This document shows positions 1-9,416 of a DNA stretch of 64,000 bases, piece after piece. The notes below the pieces were generated by a model. It did not search any database. It was not told the origin of the DNA and was given only the letters and a program-made list of their open reading frames with translations. The stretch is from a virus (Duplodnaviria; Caudoviricetes), in IMG/VR virus record IMGVR_UViG_3300025066_000007. The stretch is one strand, 5' to 3'. Both the position numbers and the translations under genes were made by a program. Position 1 is the first letter of the stretch. Each line of letters opens with the position of its first letter.

Positions 1-175
1 TCTCCGGTATATGCGTCTGTCAATATGGTGTTGCCAGACAAGCACTTCCCTGAGCCATTACTTTTCGTATAATCACCCTCTGTATTTCCAATTAAAAGAG
101 CAGAATTAAATTTCGTGAAATCAATTTCGCTTTCTGAATGTGAAAAGAAATTTATCATCTTTATATTAAGAGGAA

Positions 176-1345
176 TCATGCGTCTCCCATAATTATCTTA
201 GCCTCTTTTAATAAGAGTTTTTGATATGCATCCTCAATTCCTTGTGACTTTGCAAAGGCCTCAAACATAGAGAAATCATCTTTGTGATTGAGTATTCCGA
301 TATCCCGAACTGTTCTCTTGGTTATAATTTCGACCAAAACCTTTGAAACATAAAAGGCTCCGTTGTCATAAAGCTTCGACTGAATAGCCTTCCGATCAAC
401 TGCAGGGGCAACCTTTTCGTCTATAGTAACCTTGAATCTTACGATTCTATCTTCTACGTCATACGCTTCTACTGCGTCGTCAAGAGCTTTTGTAATTCCC
501 GAAAAATCATGCCCAGTTAGATCATAGGAAATATCCAGCAGATTGCGTACCGGTATTTTGCAAAATTTTGCTCTCTTTTTCTCAACGTTATAATCTATGA
601 AATATTTCTCAATATTGGAATCTCCGAAATTAGACTTTTCCATAGAACCTGTATATATACAGACCGGAGAGCTTTTTCTTAAGACTCTAAACTGATGCAC
701 ATGACCCATCATAGCGACATCGCACCCAGCAAAGGCCAAGGGTTTTGCCATAATCTCTGAGCCGCCGTAGTTATTATAACTTCCTTCGTAAAAGAAGTTG
801 TGCCCCACAGCTATAATCGGTATATCCTGCTCACATGTTTCGATCAAAGATCGAACTTCTGCGTCATACCCCCCTGACTGCTCTGCAGTAGTCTTTCCGG
901 GATACATCCTTTTGTCTCTATACGGAAGCAACAGTAGATTGACTCTTTTGTTGTCCTTATTGGAGACCTGAATTACATCTGGATTGAGAACCATGCGAAC
1001 ATTAGGGTACTCACAGGCTCCAAGAGAAGAGATAGAGCTTGTAAAGTTATCTCCGCTTCTCTTGTAGTCATGATTTCCCATTAAAATGAACGACGCAATA
1101 TTTGCGTTTGAAAGCTTCTTCAGGGCCCGATCTACAATTCCCATGTGCTCCGGTTCCGGATCCCTAAACTCAAACATATCTCCTGTTTGAATGAAGATTT
1201 CAGCCTTTGTTTCGATTGCATGGTCAACTACATAGTTGAGGCTTCTCTCATAGTCGTCCACTCTTGTGTTACCGCCCTTTCCATTCGACCTTCCTAGGCC
1301 AAATACTGCGCCGATATGCACATCTCCACATACTATAGCTCTCAT
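176..1345 (-). CDS. sbcD: SbcD/Mre11-family metallophosphoesterase nuclease
   Basis: GDVH, GD(MF), GNHDY and GHVHQ calcineurin-like motifs; 389 aa. Confidence 0.85.
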   Translation of the reverse strand: MRAIVCGDVHIGAVFGLGRSNGKGGNTRVDDYERSLNYVVDHAIETKAEIFIQTGDMFEFRDPEPEHMGIVDRALKKLSNANIASFILMGNHDYKRSGDNFTSSISSLGACEYPNVRMVLNPDVIQVSNKDNKRVNLLLLPYRDKRMYPGKTTAEQSGGYDAEVRSLIETCEQDIPIIAVGHNFFYEGSYNNYGGSEIMAKPLAFAGCDVAMMGHVHQFRVLRKSSPVCIYTGSMEKSNFGDSNIEKYFIDYNVEKKRAKFCKIPVRNLLDISYDLTGHDFSGITKALDDAVEAYDVEDRIVRFKVTIDEKVAPAVDRKAIQSKLYDNGAFYVSKVLVEIITKRTVRDIGILNHKDDFSMFEAFAKSQGIEDAYQKLLLKEAKIIMGDA

Positions 1346-1896
1346 AGTTTGAAATACCTCCTGTGCAAGATCTTCTTCAGTTTTTCCTGAATTCTTTTCG
1401 CTCCAGCAACGTCATACCTATCCAACAAGCTTATCTTTGAATCCATTTTTTTAATCAAAGATTCTATCCAAGCCGCATCATCCGAGTGCTTTCTTTGGAG
1501 ATTGCGAAGAATTTCTGATATCTCCAAAAGCACAAACAAAGTACTTTGCTTCTTTTCATGCACGCCGACTCGGGCCTTATTGGGATCTACACATACAGAG
1601 AGGTCTTCTATTGCCTCTGTAAAAGTTCGATCAGTACAGAGCATATAGAAGTCTATAGCATTATTTGAGGCTCCACATCCAAAACAATAAAAATTATTGT
1701 TTTGATTATCGATGTATAATGATCCGGTTCTTTCTAGTCCAGATTTATGCTCTGTTCCTGGACATTTGCACTTATGTGTAAAGTTTCCGCTATTTGCCTC
1801 AGAAAGGGCAATCCCCTGACTTTCTGCTATTTCAGAAATTTTAACAGAAGCCAATATATCCTGCTTTGAATAACGCCTCAAAAGAATTTGCTCCAA
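1342..1896 (-). CDS. Stand-alone CHC2 zinc-finger (DNA primase Zn-binding domain) protein
   Basis: CxCPxxxH...SLYID...FYCFGCG...AIDF pattern; no TOPRIM domain. Confidence 0.7.
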   Translation of the reverse strand: MEQILLRRYSKQDILASVKISEIAESQGIALSEANSGNFTHKCKCPGTEHKSGLERTGSLYIDNQNNNFYCFGCGASNNAIDFYMLCTDRTFTEAIEDLSVCVDPNKARVGVHEKKQSTLFVLLEISEILRNLQRKHSDDAAWIESLIKKMDSKISLLDRYDVAGAKRIQEKLKKILHRRYFKL

Positions 1897-2966
1897 AAAG
1901 ATGGCTTACGCCTCTTAACCCCTAGCCTACTCAGCTCTTCCTCGATGTCAGTAATCTTCGGCGCACGAAAAAGTCTCGGAGTAGAGAGTGATGCGTCTAT
2001 ATAGAGGCCTGTTCCAATGTCCGTTATCTTCTCTGCCCCATTAGAATCCAGAATGACACGACTATCTACAGCGGAAGCAACCTTTAGTGCTATCCTGGCC
2101 GGAAAATTTGCCTTAATAAGGCCGGAAACTACATTTGAAGAAGGCCTCTGCGTTGCTAGGATTATGGAGATTCCAGCGGCCCTGCCTTTCTGAGCAAGGA
2201 GGCATAGCTTTTTTTGAATTGCCTTATTTTGCAAAGTTAAATCTGCCCATTCATCAATAACCAGAATAATCGGGTTCATTCTTGGCTTCTTTGGGAAGCT
2301 TAAATTAAACTCCCTTGCATCCCTTGCTCTCGCCTTCTGAAGTATCGCAAAACGCTCCTCCATAATAACTGTAATTTCGCCAATCACATCTATTGAGTCT
2401 TCTACGGAATGTACTATTTTCGCGACAGATGGTACATCTTTATATATAGAGAACTCAACCATCTTCGGATCTACCAAGTAGACTGCAGACTTCTTTCCTA
2501 TGAGAGAAAGAATGAAGTTATGCAGCAAAACACTCTTTCCAGACCCGGTCGTCCCTCCTATCAAAACGTTTGGCATCTTGTTCATATCTAAGCTTAGCAT
2601 TTTGCTGTGAGAGTCTGCCCCAAGAGTTATGGGAATATAGTGATTCTCGTCAAGAGAGCTGTATGCCTGCTCAAAAGAGGGCGGCGAAATTTGCTTGGTC
2701 TGAACGTGAACCCTATATATTCCCCGATCCATCATCATAGATCCAGTGGGGTAAGCGTGAGCCATAAGAGAAAGCCCTAAGTCTCCAAGGGCTCGATCCA
2801 CTTTGGAGGCCTTCTCTCCGTGCCTTAGCCTTATGTCATAAATATCGAAATATTCTTGCTCTTTTAAAGAAACAGAGTCTGCCTTGATCTTAAATGCACT
2901 AAGTAATTCTGAAAATACTTTTTCTTTTGTTTTTTCAAAAATCTGAACTCGACCCTCTTCCGGCAT
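1878..2966 (-). CDS. FtsK/SpoIIIE-family ATPase
   Basis: Walker A GGTTGSGKS, VDPKMVEF, Walker B IDEWAD, LATQRPS, DSRVILD motifs. Confidence 0.85.
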   Translation of the reverse strand: MPEEGRVQIFEKTKEKVFSELLSAFKIKADSVSLKEQEYFDIYDIRLRHGEKASKVDRALGDLGLSLMAHAYPTGSMMMDRGIYRVHVQTKQISPPSFEQAYSSLDENHYIPITLGADSHSKMLSLDMNKMPNVLIGGTTGSGKSVLLHNFILSLIGKKSAVYLVDPKMVEFSIYKDVPSVAKIVHSVEDSIDVIGEITVIMEERFAILQKARARDAREFNLSFPKKPRMNPIILVIDEWADLTLQNKAIQKKLCLLAQKGRAAGISIILATQRPSSNVVSGLIKANFPARIALKVASAVDSRVILDSNGAEKITDIGTGLYIDASLSTPRLFRAPKITDIEEELSRLGVKRRKPSFWSKFF

Positions 2967-3153
2967 TAGAACTCCTTATTTCTTCCAAAATATCCTGCAG
3001 CGCCTCGCGGTACCCTATACGAGCAATATAGGCACCGTCCTTTGTTGGGTCAAGAGAAAACTTGCGAGCCTCGTCTTCCAGCCCTCTAATAAGGGTATTG
3101 TTTTTTGATATTTTGCCTAGAATTAGGGAGATTGTCTCTTCCTTGAAGCTCAC
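2935..3153 (-). CDS. Hypothetical protein
   Basis: 72 aa ORF with ATGA-type overlap in a co-oriented array. Confidence 0.5.
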   Translation of the reverse strand: MSFKEETISLILGKISKNNTLIRGLEDEARKFSLDPTKDGAYIARIGYREALQDILEEIRSSNAGRGSSSDF

Positions 3154-3503
3154 TTGGATCCCTGGTTCTTCTTAACTCGGCCGAGCTCTCTTTTTAGATC
3201 TCGGAGCTCTGCCTCAAGCTTGATGTTATCATCCCTAAGCTTAAGAGAGGATCTTAGAGATAAAACTATAAGGCCAAAAATTCCTTCCCCAGGATTGATT
3301 CCATCAAGGTCGTCGGCCGCAACCAGCAATCTATTGAGGATAGATACTACATTTTTGTGGTAGCCCGGAGTCTGGTTGTCGGGATGAGTTTTGTCGGACA
3401 AGAGTCTCTTGAAGTCGTCAAAGGCACTCTCTACTCCGCTTTGTGCCTTGCTCTTCTTTGAGTCCATATACTTGCTATTCGCAGGCATCTTTACGTTAGA
3501 CAT
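3150..3503 (-). CDS. Hypothetical protein (C-terminal coiled coil)
   Basis: 117 aa ORF overlapping neighbours; heptad-like C-terminus. Confidence 0.6.
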   Translation of the reverse strand: MSNVKMPANSKYMDSKKSKAQSGVESAFDDFKRLLSDKTHPDNQTPGYHKNVVSILNRLLVAADDLDGINPGEGIFGLIVLSLRSSLKLRDDNIKLEAELRDLKRELGRVKKNQGSK

Positions 3504-3825
3504 GAAAATCTTCCTCCAGCATTAACATTATGTATATACCGCATCTTTTATGCATTTTTAAAAATGCCTGTATCTCGTGCAGCCTATCTTCTCCTATGAT
3601 ACCAAACTGTCTATATAAAAAGTTGATTATGTTAATGCACTTGTTATGGTCGTTACAGGGCGCGTCAAATAAGCCGCAAGCATTTTCTAAAAAAGGCATC
3701 AACTTATCTTTCGTCTCTCTGTTTAATTTGGACAAGTCTGCAATTGGATTAACAATAGAATTGCAGCAAATAAATCCAGAGCTTTCAACATGTCCATTGC
3801 ATCCAAATAATATCAAAATCTTCAC
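3496..3825 (-). CDS. Hypothetical protein
   Basis: 109 aa Cys-containing ORF, GTG start. Confidence 0.55.
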   Translation of the reverse strand: MKILILFGCNGHVESSGFICCNSIVNPIADLSKLNRETKDKLMPFLENACGLFDAPCNDHNKCINIINFLYRQFGIIGEDRLHEIQAFLKMHKRCGIYIMLMLEEDFHV

Positions 3826-3887
3826 CTACATCTTCTCTGTATTTTACATGTTTAATAAATCGAAACAATCGTTAGGAAGTGCCTCTC

Positions 3888-4179
3888 TTAGATATCTATA
3901 TATCCTCCGAAAGAGACGCTCATTACATCTGTTGAATTTGGATCTGCAGTAATTACAAACATATCTCCAGTTGTGCCGTCTAGTTGAAGCTCTGCAATAT
4001 TAGGGGAAATTCCACTGTCCTTCGGAAGAGCCCAGGCTGCCAATAATCGCCCCTTATCAGAAGTCATGATCCCTGTGGAAGAAGTATCGTATTCTATATA
4101 ATCTCCAAAGTCAGTCCACGATGCAGCTCCGACCAAGTCTGGATTCAGATATAGCCTAAAGGATGAGAATTTCCTGCAT
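3888..4179 (-). CDS. Hypothetical protein; candidate +1 frameshift at CTT TAG (4156-4161)
   Basis: GAGG RBS then ATG at 4179 gives MQEILIL-stop; a +1 shift joins it to the open frame RLYLNPDLVGAASW... (track ORF 3888..4136). Confidence 0.45.
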
Positions 4180-4205
4180 CAATCGTTACCTCACTTGATA
4201 TGCCA

Positions 4206-6014
4206 TTATACTATACTCCACTCTGTGCCAGAAAAAGCCAGCATAACACTTGCATAATCTGCGTCAAGAACAAGAGAGGCTGCACCATCAATTGTCTCTG
4301 CGCCATCTGTATTAATCGTTATATTGCTAGCGAAAGCTGACCCAGCTTTATCTTTTATTGTTAAAACTCCAGTATTATGATCAGCTCCAGCCAAAAGAGT
4401 TATAACTTGCGCCGTGCCTGTTGCTAACACGTAGTCATCTGTTGCCAAGACCACATAAGGATCTGCGGCAGTCTCCGTAATAGTTGGAGTGGCAATAGAC
4501 GGAGTCTTCCAGGCCGGTTGCCGATTCGCGTCTGCCGTAACAACCTGCCCTGGAGTCCCTGTCTCTAAGTAATAAATATCTCCACTATCAGGAAACGCGG
4601 TTGATTCACTTGGATTCGAATTCCAAAGGGTAATATGCCCTTTCCCCTTCTTCAAATCATTAATTCTAATCGGAGAATGGTCGGCAGGAGCAGATTCTCC
4701 TCCCGTAGCTCTTTCAACAATATGAATCCTTCTTGCCGGAGCAGTTAAGAGATCTGGACCTATAACCTCGCCAGGAGTGATGGGGCCGATCCCTACATAT
4801 CCCGCCTTATCCAGAGAATCTTTGCCTCCATCTATAATGATCGCAGTCTTGAGGGCCGCATCAGTATCATGGTACGTCTGTAAATATAGATTTCCATAAT
4901 CATTTGCGCTTCCCCCATAAGTATGATGAAAGCCGGCGATCCTAGCTATAGGGCCGGATGATAAGGTTCCGGAATTTCCGATGAAATTAAATGCAGAATA
5001 TTTATCAAAATCTCCTGGGCCATTAGTTGTGTTTTCCAGAGAAATAATCGGCCCAGTGCCTTCTCCCGTTCCTCCTGCAACTTTGTTATAAAGAAAAGAG
5101 CTGTTTCCTCCAAATGATCCAGAGTCATTATACTGAATATTTGTATCTGCTCCGCCAGGAGTAGACGGCGTTGTACTAGACTCAATCTTAACGGTATCTG
5201 TGTCAGCGGTTGCAGTTAGGGTAATTCCAGTTCCGGCAGAAAAGGTAACCGTATCCGTAACGCTATCAGCGACTACAGGGCCGCCTGACGCCGAACCGCC
5301 GTCCGCAACTACAGCAATATTTTCAAATAAATTTTGAACGCCTACAGAAGAACTTGTGTAAAAATCTCCGCTCGCATCGACAACAACAGCCGTTCCACTT
5401 CCTGCTGACAGCCCGACCACTCTTAATGGAGGATTTACCAAGTCCTTTATGTGCAATCTTCTGTCTGGAGAAGAAATTCCTATTCCAACTCGCGTATTCG
5501 TATAGTCGTATACAAATCCGTTGTTTCCGCCAAACGCTCCTGCGTTATTGAACTGTATGTTGGTGTTGTCTCCGCCTGCAGAGCCTGATAAATCTAAGAA
5601 ATACTTCTTTTCCCCAGTTGTAGTATTCTCTATATATTCTGGTATCGCGAGATTTTCAAGATCTTCTCCAGCAGCAATTGCAGCAGCCCTTCTTGCTGCT
5701 GGCGTTCCATAAACTAAGTCAGAATAGCTTTGCAAATTAATATATTGTACTGCCGGAGTTGAGCCTCCGTATCCACCGAGGTTTGCATGAGCCAGCTGAC
5801 CTCTTACATGAGCCCCCTCTGTCAGAAGTATCTTGGAGGCTCTTCCATTCGCATGGGTCCCATCATGAACGTGTCCTGCCACAAGAGGATGAAATTCATC
5901 AACCGAAGTATTAGATCCATACTCTCCTCCGAAAATGCGATTCATTACGTCTGCAGTAACAACCGTTACGGCCGACGTATACTTTGTCAAATTAGTATCG
6001 CTGCTATCTGCCAT
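4206..6014 (-). CDS. Putative tail fibre / virion structural protein
   Basis: 602 aa G/S/T/A-rich; two GGxxTNIQ(F/Y)NxxGxFGG repeats; (R/Y)VGIG...(L/I)HI repeats typical of phage fibres. Confidence 0.7.
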   Translation of the reverse strand: MADSSDTNLTKYTSAVTVVTADVMNRIFGGEYGSNTSVDEFHPLVAGHVHDGTHANGRASKILLTEGAHVRGQLAHANLGGYGGSTPAVQYINLQSYSDLVYGTPAARRAAAIAAGEDLENLAIPEYIENTTTGEKKYFLDLSGSAGGDNTNIQFNNAGAFGGNNGFVYDYTNTRVGIGISSPDRRLHIKDLVNPPLRVVGLSAGSGTAVVVDASGDFYTSSSVGVQNLFENIAVVADGGSASGGPVVADSVTDTVTFSAGTGITLTATADTDTVKIESSTTPSTPGGADTNIQYNDSGSFGGNSSFLYNKVAGGTGEGTGPIISLENTTNGPGDFDKYSAFNFIGNSGTLSSGPIARIAGFHHTYGGSANDYGNLYLQTYHDTDAALKTAIIIDGGKDSLDKAGYVGIGPITPGEVIGPDLLTAPARRIHIVERATGGESAPADHSPIRINDLKKGKGHITLWNSNPSESTAFPDSGDIYYLETGTPGQVVTADANRQPAWKTPSIATPTITETAADPYVVLATDDYVLATGTAQVITLLAGADHNTGVLTIKDKAGSAFASNITINTDGAETIDGAASLVLDADYASVMLAFSGTEWSIV

Positions 6015-6015
6015 C

Positions 6016-7686
6016 TTAAACCGTAGGCTCCCTAAATACGTTCAGCATATTTTCAACAACAGTGAGTTTGACAGCAACGCTTTCACCGACAAGCAGATTG
6101 GAGCCTACTTGGTCAGATTGATTTAGCATTACGAACTTAAGGCTACTCCCCTTTGCGATGCCGGTACCCGCATCGGTTGGAGCAGTCTCATCGTGACAGA
6201 AGAATACTTCAAAATCAGAAGCGCCGCCTCCGACAGGGGCTGCGGGACTTGTAACTCTAGAGCCGCTCGTTCCCATCGCCAATGGAATAAGGGCTCCAGA
6301 GTCAAATGTTTCCAAAAGAGAGGTCATCTTGTAATCGAATGATCCATCATTTTTGCAAACAACGCCTCCATTCATCAGGAAAGCTGTAGAGTTATGCTCA
6401 CTTACATTTAGCGTATTTTGATCCCAATATGTATATGATATTGTTGCTTCTATTCTTATGGAATAAGAGCAATTAGCCCTTGGAAAAAAGGCTCTCTTAG
6501 GGGACGCTGTGTCTTCTGCTCCATCCAAATATGCAACAGTTGTTGTTGGATACGGAACGGAAGATGTAGCAATATTTGCTCGACTATAGTTGAAGTGACC
6601 AAACATTGTTGCGCTAAAAACCTGAGCACTTCCGACATCCTTTGTAAACAAAGTCCAAAGACCTGCAGAGCTGGAATTTAATGGGAAATCTGATAAAACT
6701 GGATTTTCTGGATTATATGCTCCTGAGGCTTGCGTGTTTTGTCCCCACATGTGAGAGTGGCCTCGAAATCCAATTACAGAGGAACTATCAGGGGAGTCTG
6801 CAGCCTCTTCAGAGGCCTCTATAAGATTGCTGGCTCCACATACCATAGAAGCCTCACCCGCCTCTATGGTATTGCTCTTTCCGCCCAATACAACTGAGGT
6901 CTCAGCTCCTGACTTAATCGTATTTTTCGTTCCACTAACTACAGCAGAGAGGGCCGCCTCAACAAGATTTTCTTTTCCACCGGAAATAACAGAATAATCT
7001 CCAGACGCTTCCGTATCTGCCCCAAGAGCTACAGAGGCTATGCCGCGATTTGCTTCATCCCACTGTGTATGATCAACTGTTCCTGCTCTAAATGCGGAAT
7101 TGGATTTGTCAAAAAAGAATCGACTGTCTCCGTCACCGCCTAGATCAAGATCCTCAAGCGATGAGGAGCCAAATACAAAGTCAAACCCTTCTGCGCTAGA
7201 CCAAACATCCTCTATAGCCTCAAGGCTTGATCCATTCCATGTCTGATCCTTCTGCCTTATAATCTTATTCTCTGTTATAGCAGACGCGGCACTTGAGGGG
7301 TCAGAGTCTTCCTGAAAGGTCAGGTCTGCCCTAAGACCTCTCAGGTCCAGAAGGTACTTTGTAATAGATCCGTCTTCTGTATACTCTGGAATTGCCTCGC
7401 TAACAGTTATCGTATCAAAAACCGTTCTCTTTGTAACGGCTTTATCTCCAAGGTTTTGATTCTGTAACTGACCAGAAACATGGTCGATCAAATCGATCTT
7501 CCCTGCATGACCGTCTGCTCTGGCTCCGTCATGAACATGGCCGGCAACCCTGGGATCATCAGCTGCTAGCAAATCTCCAGATGATGTTCCGAATTCTCCT
7601 CCATATAATGAATTAGCAAAATCTGCTGTAACAATTGTTACCGCAGATTTAAACTTAGTTAGTACGCCTGAGGAATCGCTTGCCAT
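6016..7686 (-). CDS. Putative tail fibre / adhesin with YadA-head-like repeats
   Basis: N-terminus paralogous to 4206..6014 (SAVTxVTAD...GGE(Y/F)G...AGHVHDG); about 14-aa S-V-x-x-GGxxNxI repeats. Confidence 0.65.
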   Translation of the reverse strand: MASDSSGVLTKFKSAVTIVTADFANSLYGGEFGTSSGDLLAADDPRVAGHVHDGARADGHAGKIDLIDHVSGQLQNQNLGDKAVTKRTVFDTITVSEAIPEYTEDGSITKYLLDLRGLRADLTFQEDSDPSSAASAITENKIIRQKDQTWNGSSLEAIEDVWSSAEGFDFVFGSSSLEDLDLGGDGDSRFFFDKSNSAFRAGTVDHTQWDEANRGIASVALGADTEASGDYSVISGGKENLVEAALSAVVSGTKNTIKSGAETSVVLGGKSNTIEAGEASMVCGASNLIEASEEAADSPDSSSVIGFRGHSHMWGQNTQASGAYNPENPVLSDFPLNSSSAGLWTLFTKDVGSAQVFSATMFGHFNYSRANIATSSVPYPTTTVAYLDGAEDTASPKRAFFPRANCSYSIRIEATISYTYWDQNTLNVSEHNSTAFLMNGGVVCKNDGSFDYKMTSLLETFDSGALIPLAMGTSGSRVTSPAAPVGGGASDFEVFFCHDETAPTDAGTGIAKGSSLKFVMLNQSDQVGSNLLVGESVAVKLTVVENMLNVFREPTV

Positions 7687-7973
7687 TACTTTTTACGACT
7701 TTTGAAATACTTTTTAATTTTGTCACTAACTTTAAATTTAACTGACTGATAGGCGTCAAGGACCATTTTCTCTTGAGTCTTCGGATTCCTAACTGGCCTA
7801 GGAGCATGTGTATATAGGTAGTATTTTCCAAACCCTACAATAGAGACCTCTCCATCTTCCTCTAGGCCTTCTATTATTGATTCGATTGTAGCCTCTAGAA
7901 CTTGGTAGGACTCCTTTTGGGTCAGCAGAGTTTTTGATGCTATTCTTTTTGCTAATTTCTTTTTGTTCATCAT
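7686..7973 (-). CDS. HU/IHF-family DNA-binding protein
   Basis: VSIVGFGKY...RPVRNPKTQE...VKFK signature; 95 aa, basic. Confidence 0.9.
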   Translation of the reverse strand: MMNKKKLAKRIASKTLLTQKESYQVLEATIESIIEGLEEDGEVSIVGFGKYYLYTHAPRPVRNPKTQEKMVLDAYQSVKFKVSDKIKKYFKSRKK

Positions 7974-7996
7974 AAGTTTGGTCTACCATTTTTGCA

Positions 7997-8018
7997 CATG
8001 CACGCATATGCGTGCATG
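7997..8018. repeat. Perfect 22-bp palindrome upstream of the HU gene
   Basis: CATGCACGCATATGCGTGCATG equals its own reverse complement. Confidence 0.8.
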
Positions 8019-8054
8019 CCTTGTACCTATAAATCTTTAATTATTAATAGTAAA

Positions 8055-8276
8055 TTAAAGGATATCATCATCAAACTTACCGGCATGCTTTCTGGACCTC
8101 GCAAGATCCTCTTCCAGTTCGTTCAACTTACGTAGGTAATAGTCATAAATCACTACTAAATCTGCTTCATCCATACTTCTTGGGTCTATCCCATAATTTT
8201 CATATATTTCACCTACTTTTTCAACAACCTTTAACAATGCACCTTCTTTATCTAACGTAGCCCATGAACCTATCAT
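8055..8276 (-). CDS. Hypothetical protein
   Basis: 73 aa ORF in co-oriented array. Confidence 0.55.
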   Translation of the reverse strand: MIGSWATLDKEGALLKVVEKVGEIYENYGIDPRSMDEADLVVIYDYYLRKLNELEEDLARSRKHAGKFDDDIL

Positions 8277-8644
8277 TTTTCATCTGCTCTTTTTATTATT
8301 TGCCTGCAGATATCTAGCATGTTTTCTACTGGCATTTTTAATTTAAAAGAATTGATACAATAGGCACACCATACAAGGTTTCCCCTTACATACCCCTTCT
8401 TCGGATCCACGCAGTCTAGAGACATCTTCAGCGGATCATGAACTCCATACTCATCTGATTTAATCACATTAAGCTTAATACCGGAGTAATGGCATCTTCC
8501 TTCTTGCTTTTCAAACAAATCGACAATATACTCTCGGTTAATACCAAAGGGAAGATCTCTCTTTAGAGCTCTTTTCCTCGCAGATCTGAGAGAGCTACCG
8601 AACATCAGATTCGGATGCTCCATGCACTTCTGTCTCCAGTTCAC
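8273..8644 (-). CDS. HNH/His-Me-finger-like endonuclease family protein
   Basis: GRCHYSG...SLDCVDPKKGYVRGNLVWCAYCINSFK pattern. Confidence 0.6.
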   Translation of the reverse strand: MNWRQKCMEHPNLMFGSSLRSARKRALKRDLPFGINREYIVDLFEKQEGRCHYSGIKLNVIKSDEYGVHDPLKMSLDCVDPKKGYVRGNLVWCAYCINSFKLKMPVENMLDICRQIIKRADEK

Positions 8645-8650
8645 CTCGGA

Positions 8651-8908
8651 TTACTCCTCGCCTACTGGCTTGTTAAATACATTCACCATAATGCGCTGGC
8701 CGGCCTTAGCTCCCGCTGCCTTAATCACAGTTCTTAGGGCCGCCGCTATACGCCCTTGCTTTCCAATTACCTTGCCGACATCTTCTTTTCCAACTCTAAC
8801 TTCTAATAAAAGTCCCTTCTCTGATTCGGTCTTGAGAACCTGAACAGATTCTTCGTCGTCAACAATATTCTTTACCATCTCAACTAGTAGCGCTTGTACA
8901 TTTTCCAT
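8651..8908 (-). CDS. khpA: KH-domain RNA-binding protein (KhpA/UPF0109-like)
   Basis: 85 aa, EDVGKVIGKQGRIAAALRTVI (GxxG loop GKQG). Confidence 0.85.
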   Translation of the reverse strand: MENVQALLVEMVKNIVDDEESVQVLKTESEKGLLLEVRVGKEDVGKVIGKQGRIAAALRTVIKAAGAKAGQRIMVNVFNKPVGEE

Positions 8909-8909
8909 T

Positions 8910-9410
8910 TTAAATCTCCTTTATAGTTATTGTTTTCGGCTCTTCTTCTGCTTTGCGCGGAATTACTAATTCTAAAAGTCCATTTTTCATCGAAGCAGAC
9001 ATACGTCCAACATTAAATGTTGGATTTATGTAAAACTTAGCCTTAAAGTTTCTTCTGGCAATTCCCCTTACGATCATCCCTCTTTGCACCACTATATTTG
9101 GAGCCTTTGCAGGGTATTCTTCTTGATCAGATAATGCCTCATGCATTTCCTCTGCGTCTATTTTGTTTCCAGATCCAGTTATAAAAACTTCATTGCCCTT
9201 TGCTTTGAGCACAATGTCATCAGGAGAATACCCTGCAAGCGCAAAGGCCATATGAAACCCCTCGACATCACACCACTGATCACACCTTGGAAACTTTCCT
9301 GATGAAGAAACCTTCTTATTAGAAGAAACCTCTCTGAAGAACTCATCATCTATCCACAGCAAATCTAGAACTCTAGCCGGAATTGAGACCCTGCTAATAA
9401 CATCTTTCAT
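8910..9410 (-). CDS. Small heat-shock protein (Hsp20/alpha-crystallin)
   Basis: ALAGYSPDDI, RGIARRNF, ASMKNGLLELVIP and C-terminal ITI motif. Confidence 0.85.
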   Translation of the reverse strand: MKDVISRVSIPARVLDLLWIDDEFFREVSSNKKVSSSGKFPRCDQWCDVEGFHMAFALAGYSPDDIVLKAKGNEVFITGSGNKIDAEEMHEALSDQEEYPAKAPNIVVQRGMIVRGIARRNFKAKFYINPTFNVGRMSASMKNGLLELVIPRKAEEEPKTITIKEI

Positions 9411-9416
9411 ATCAAA

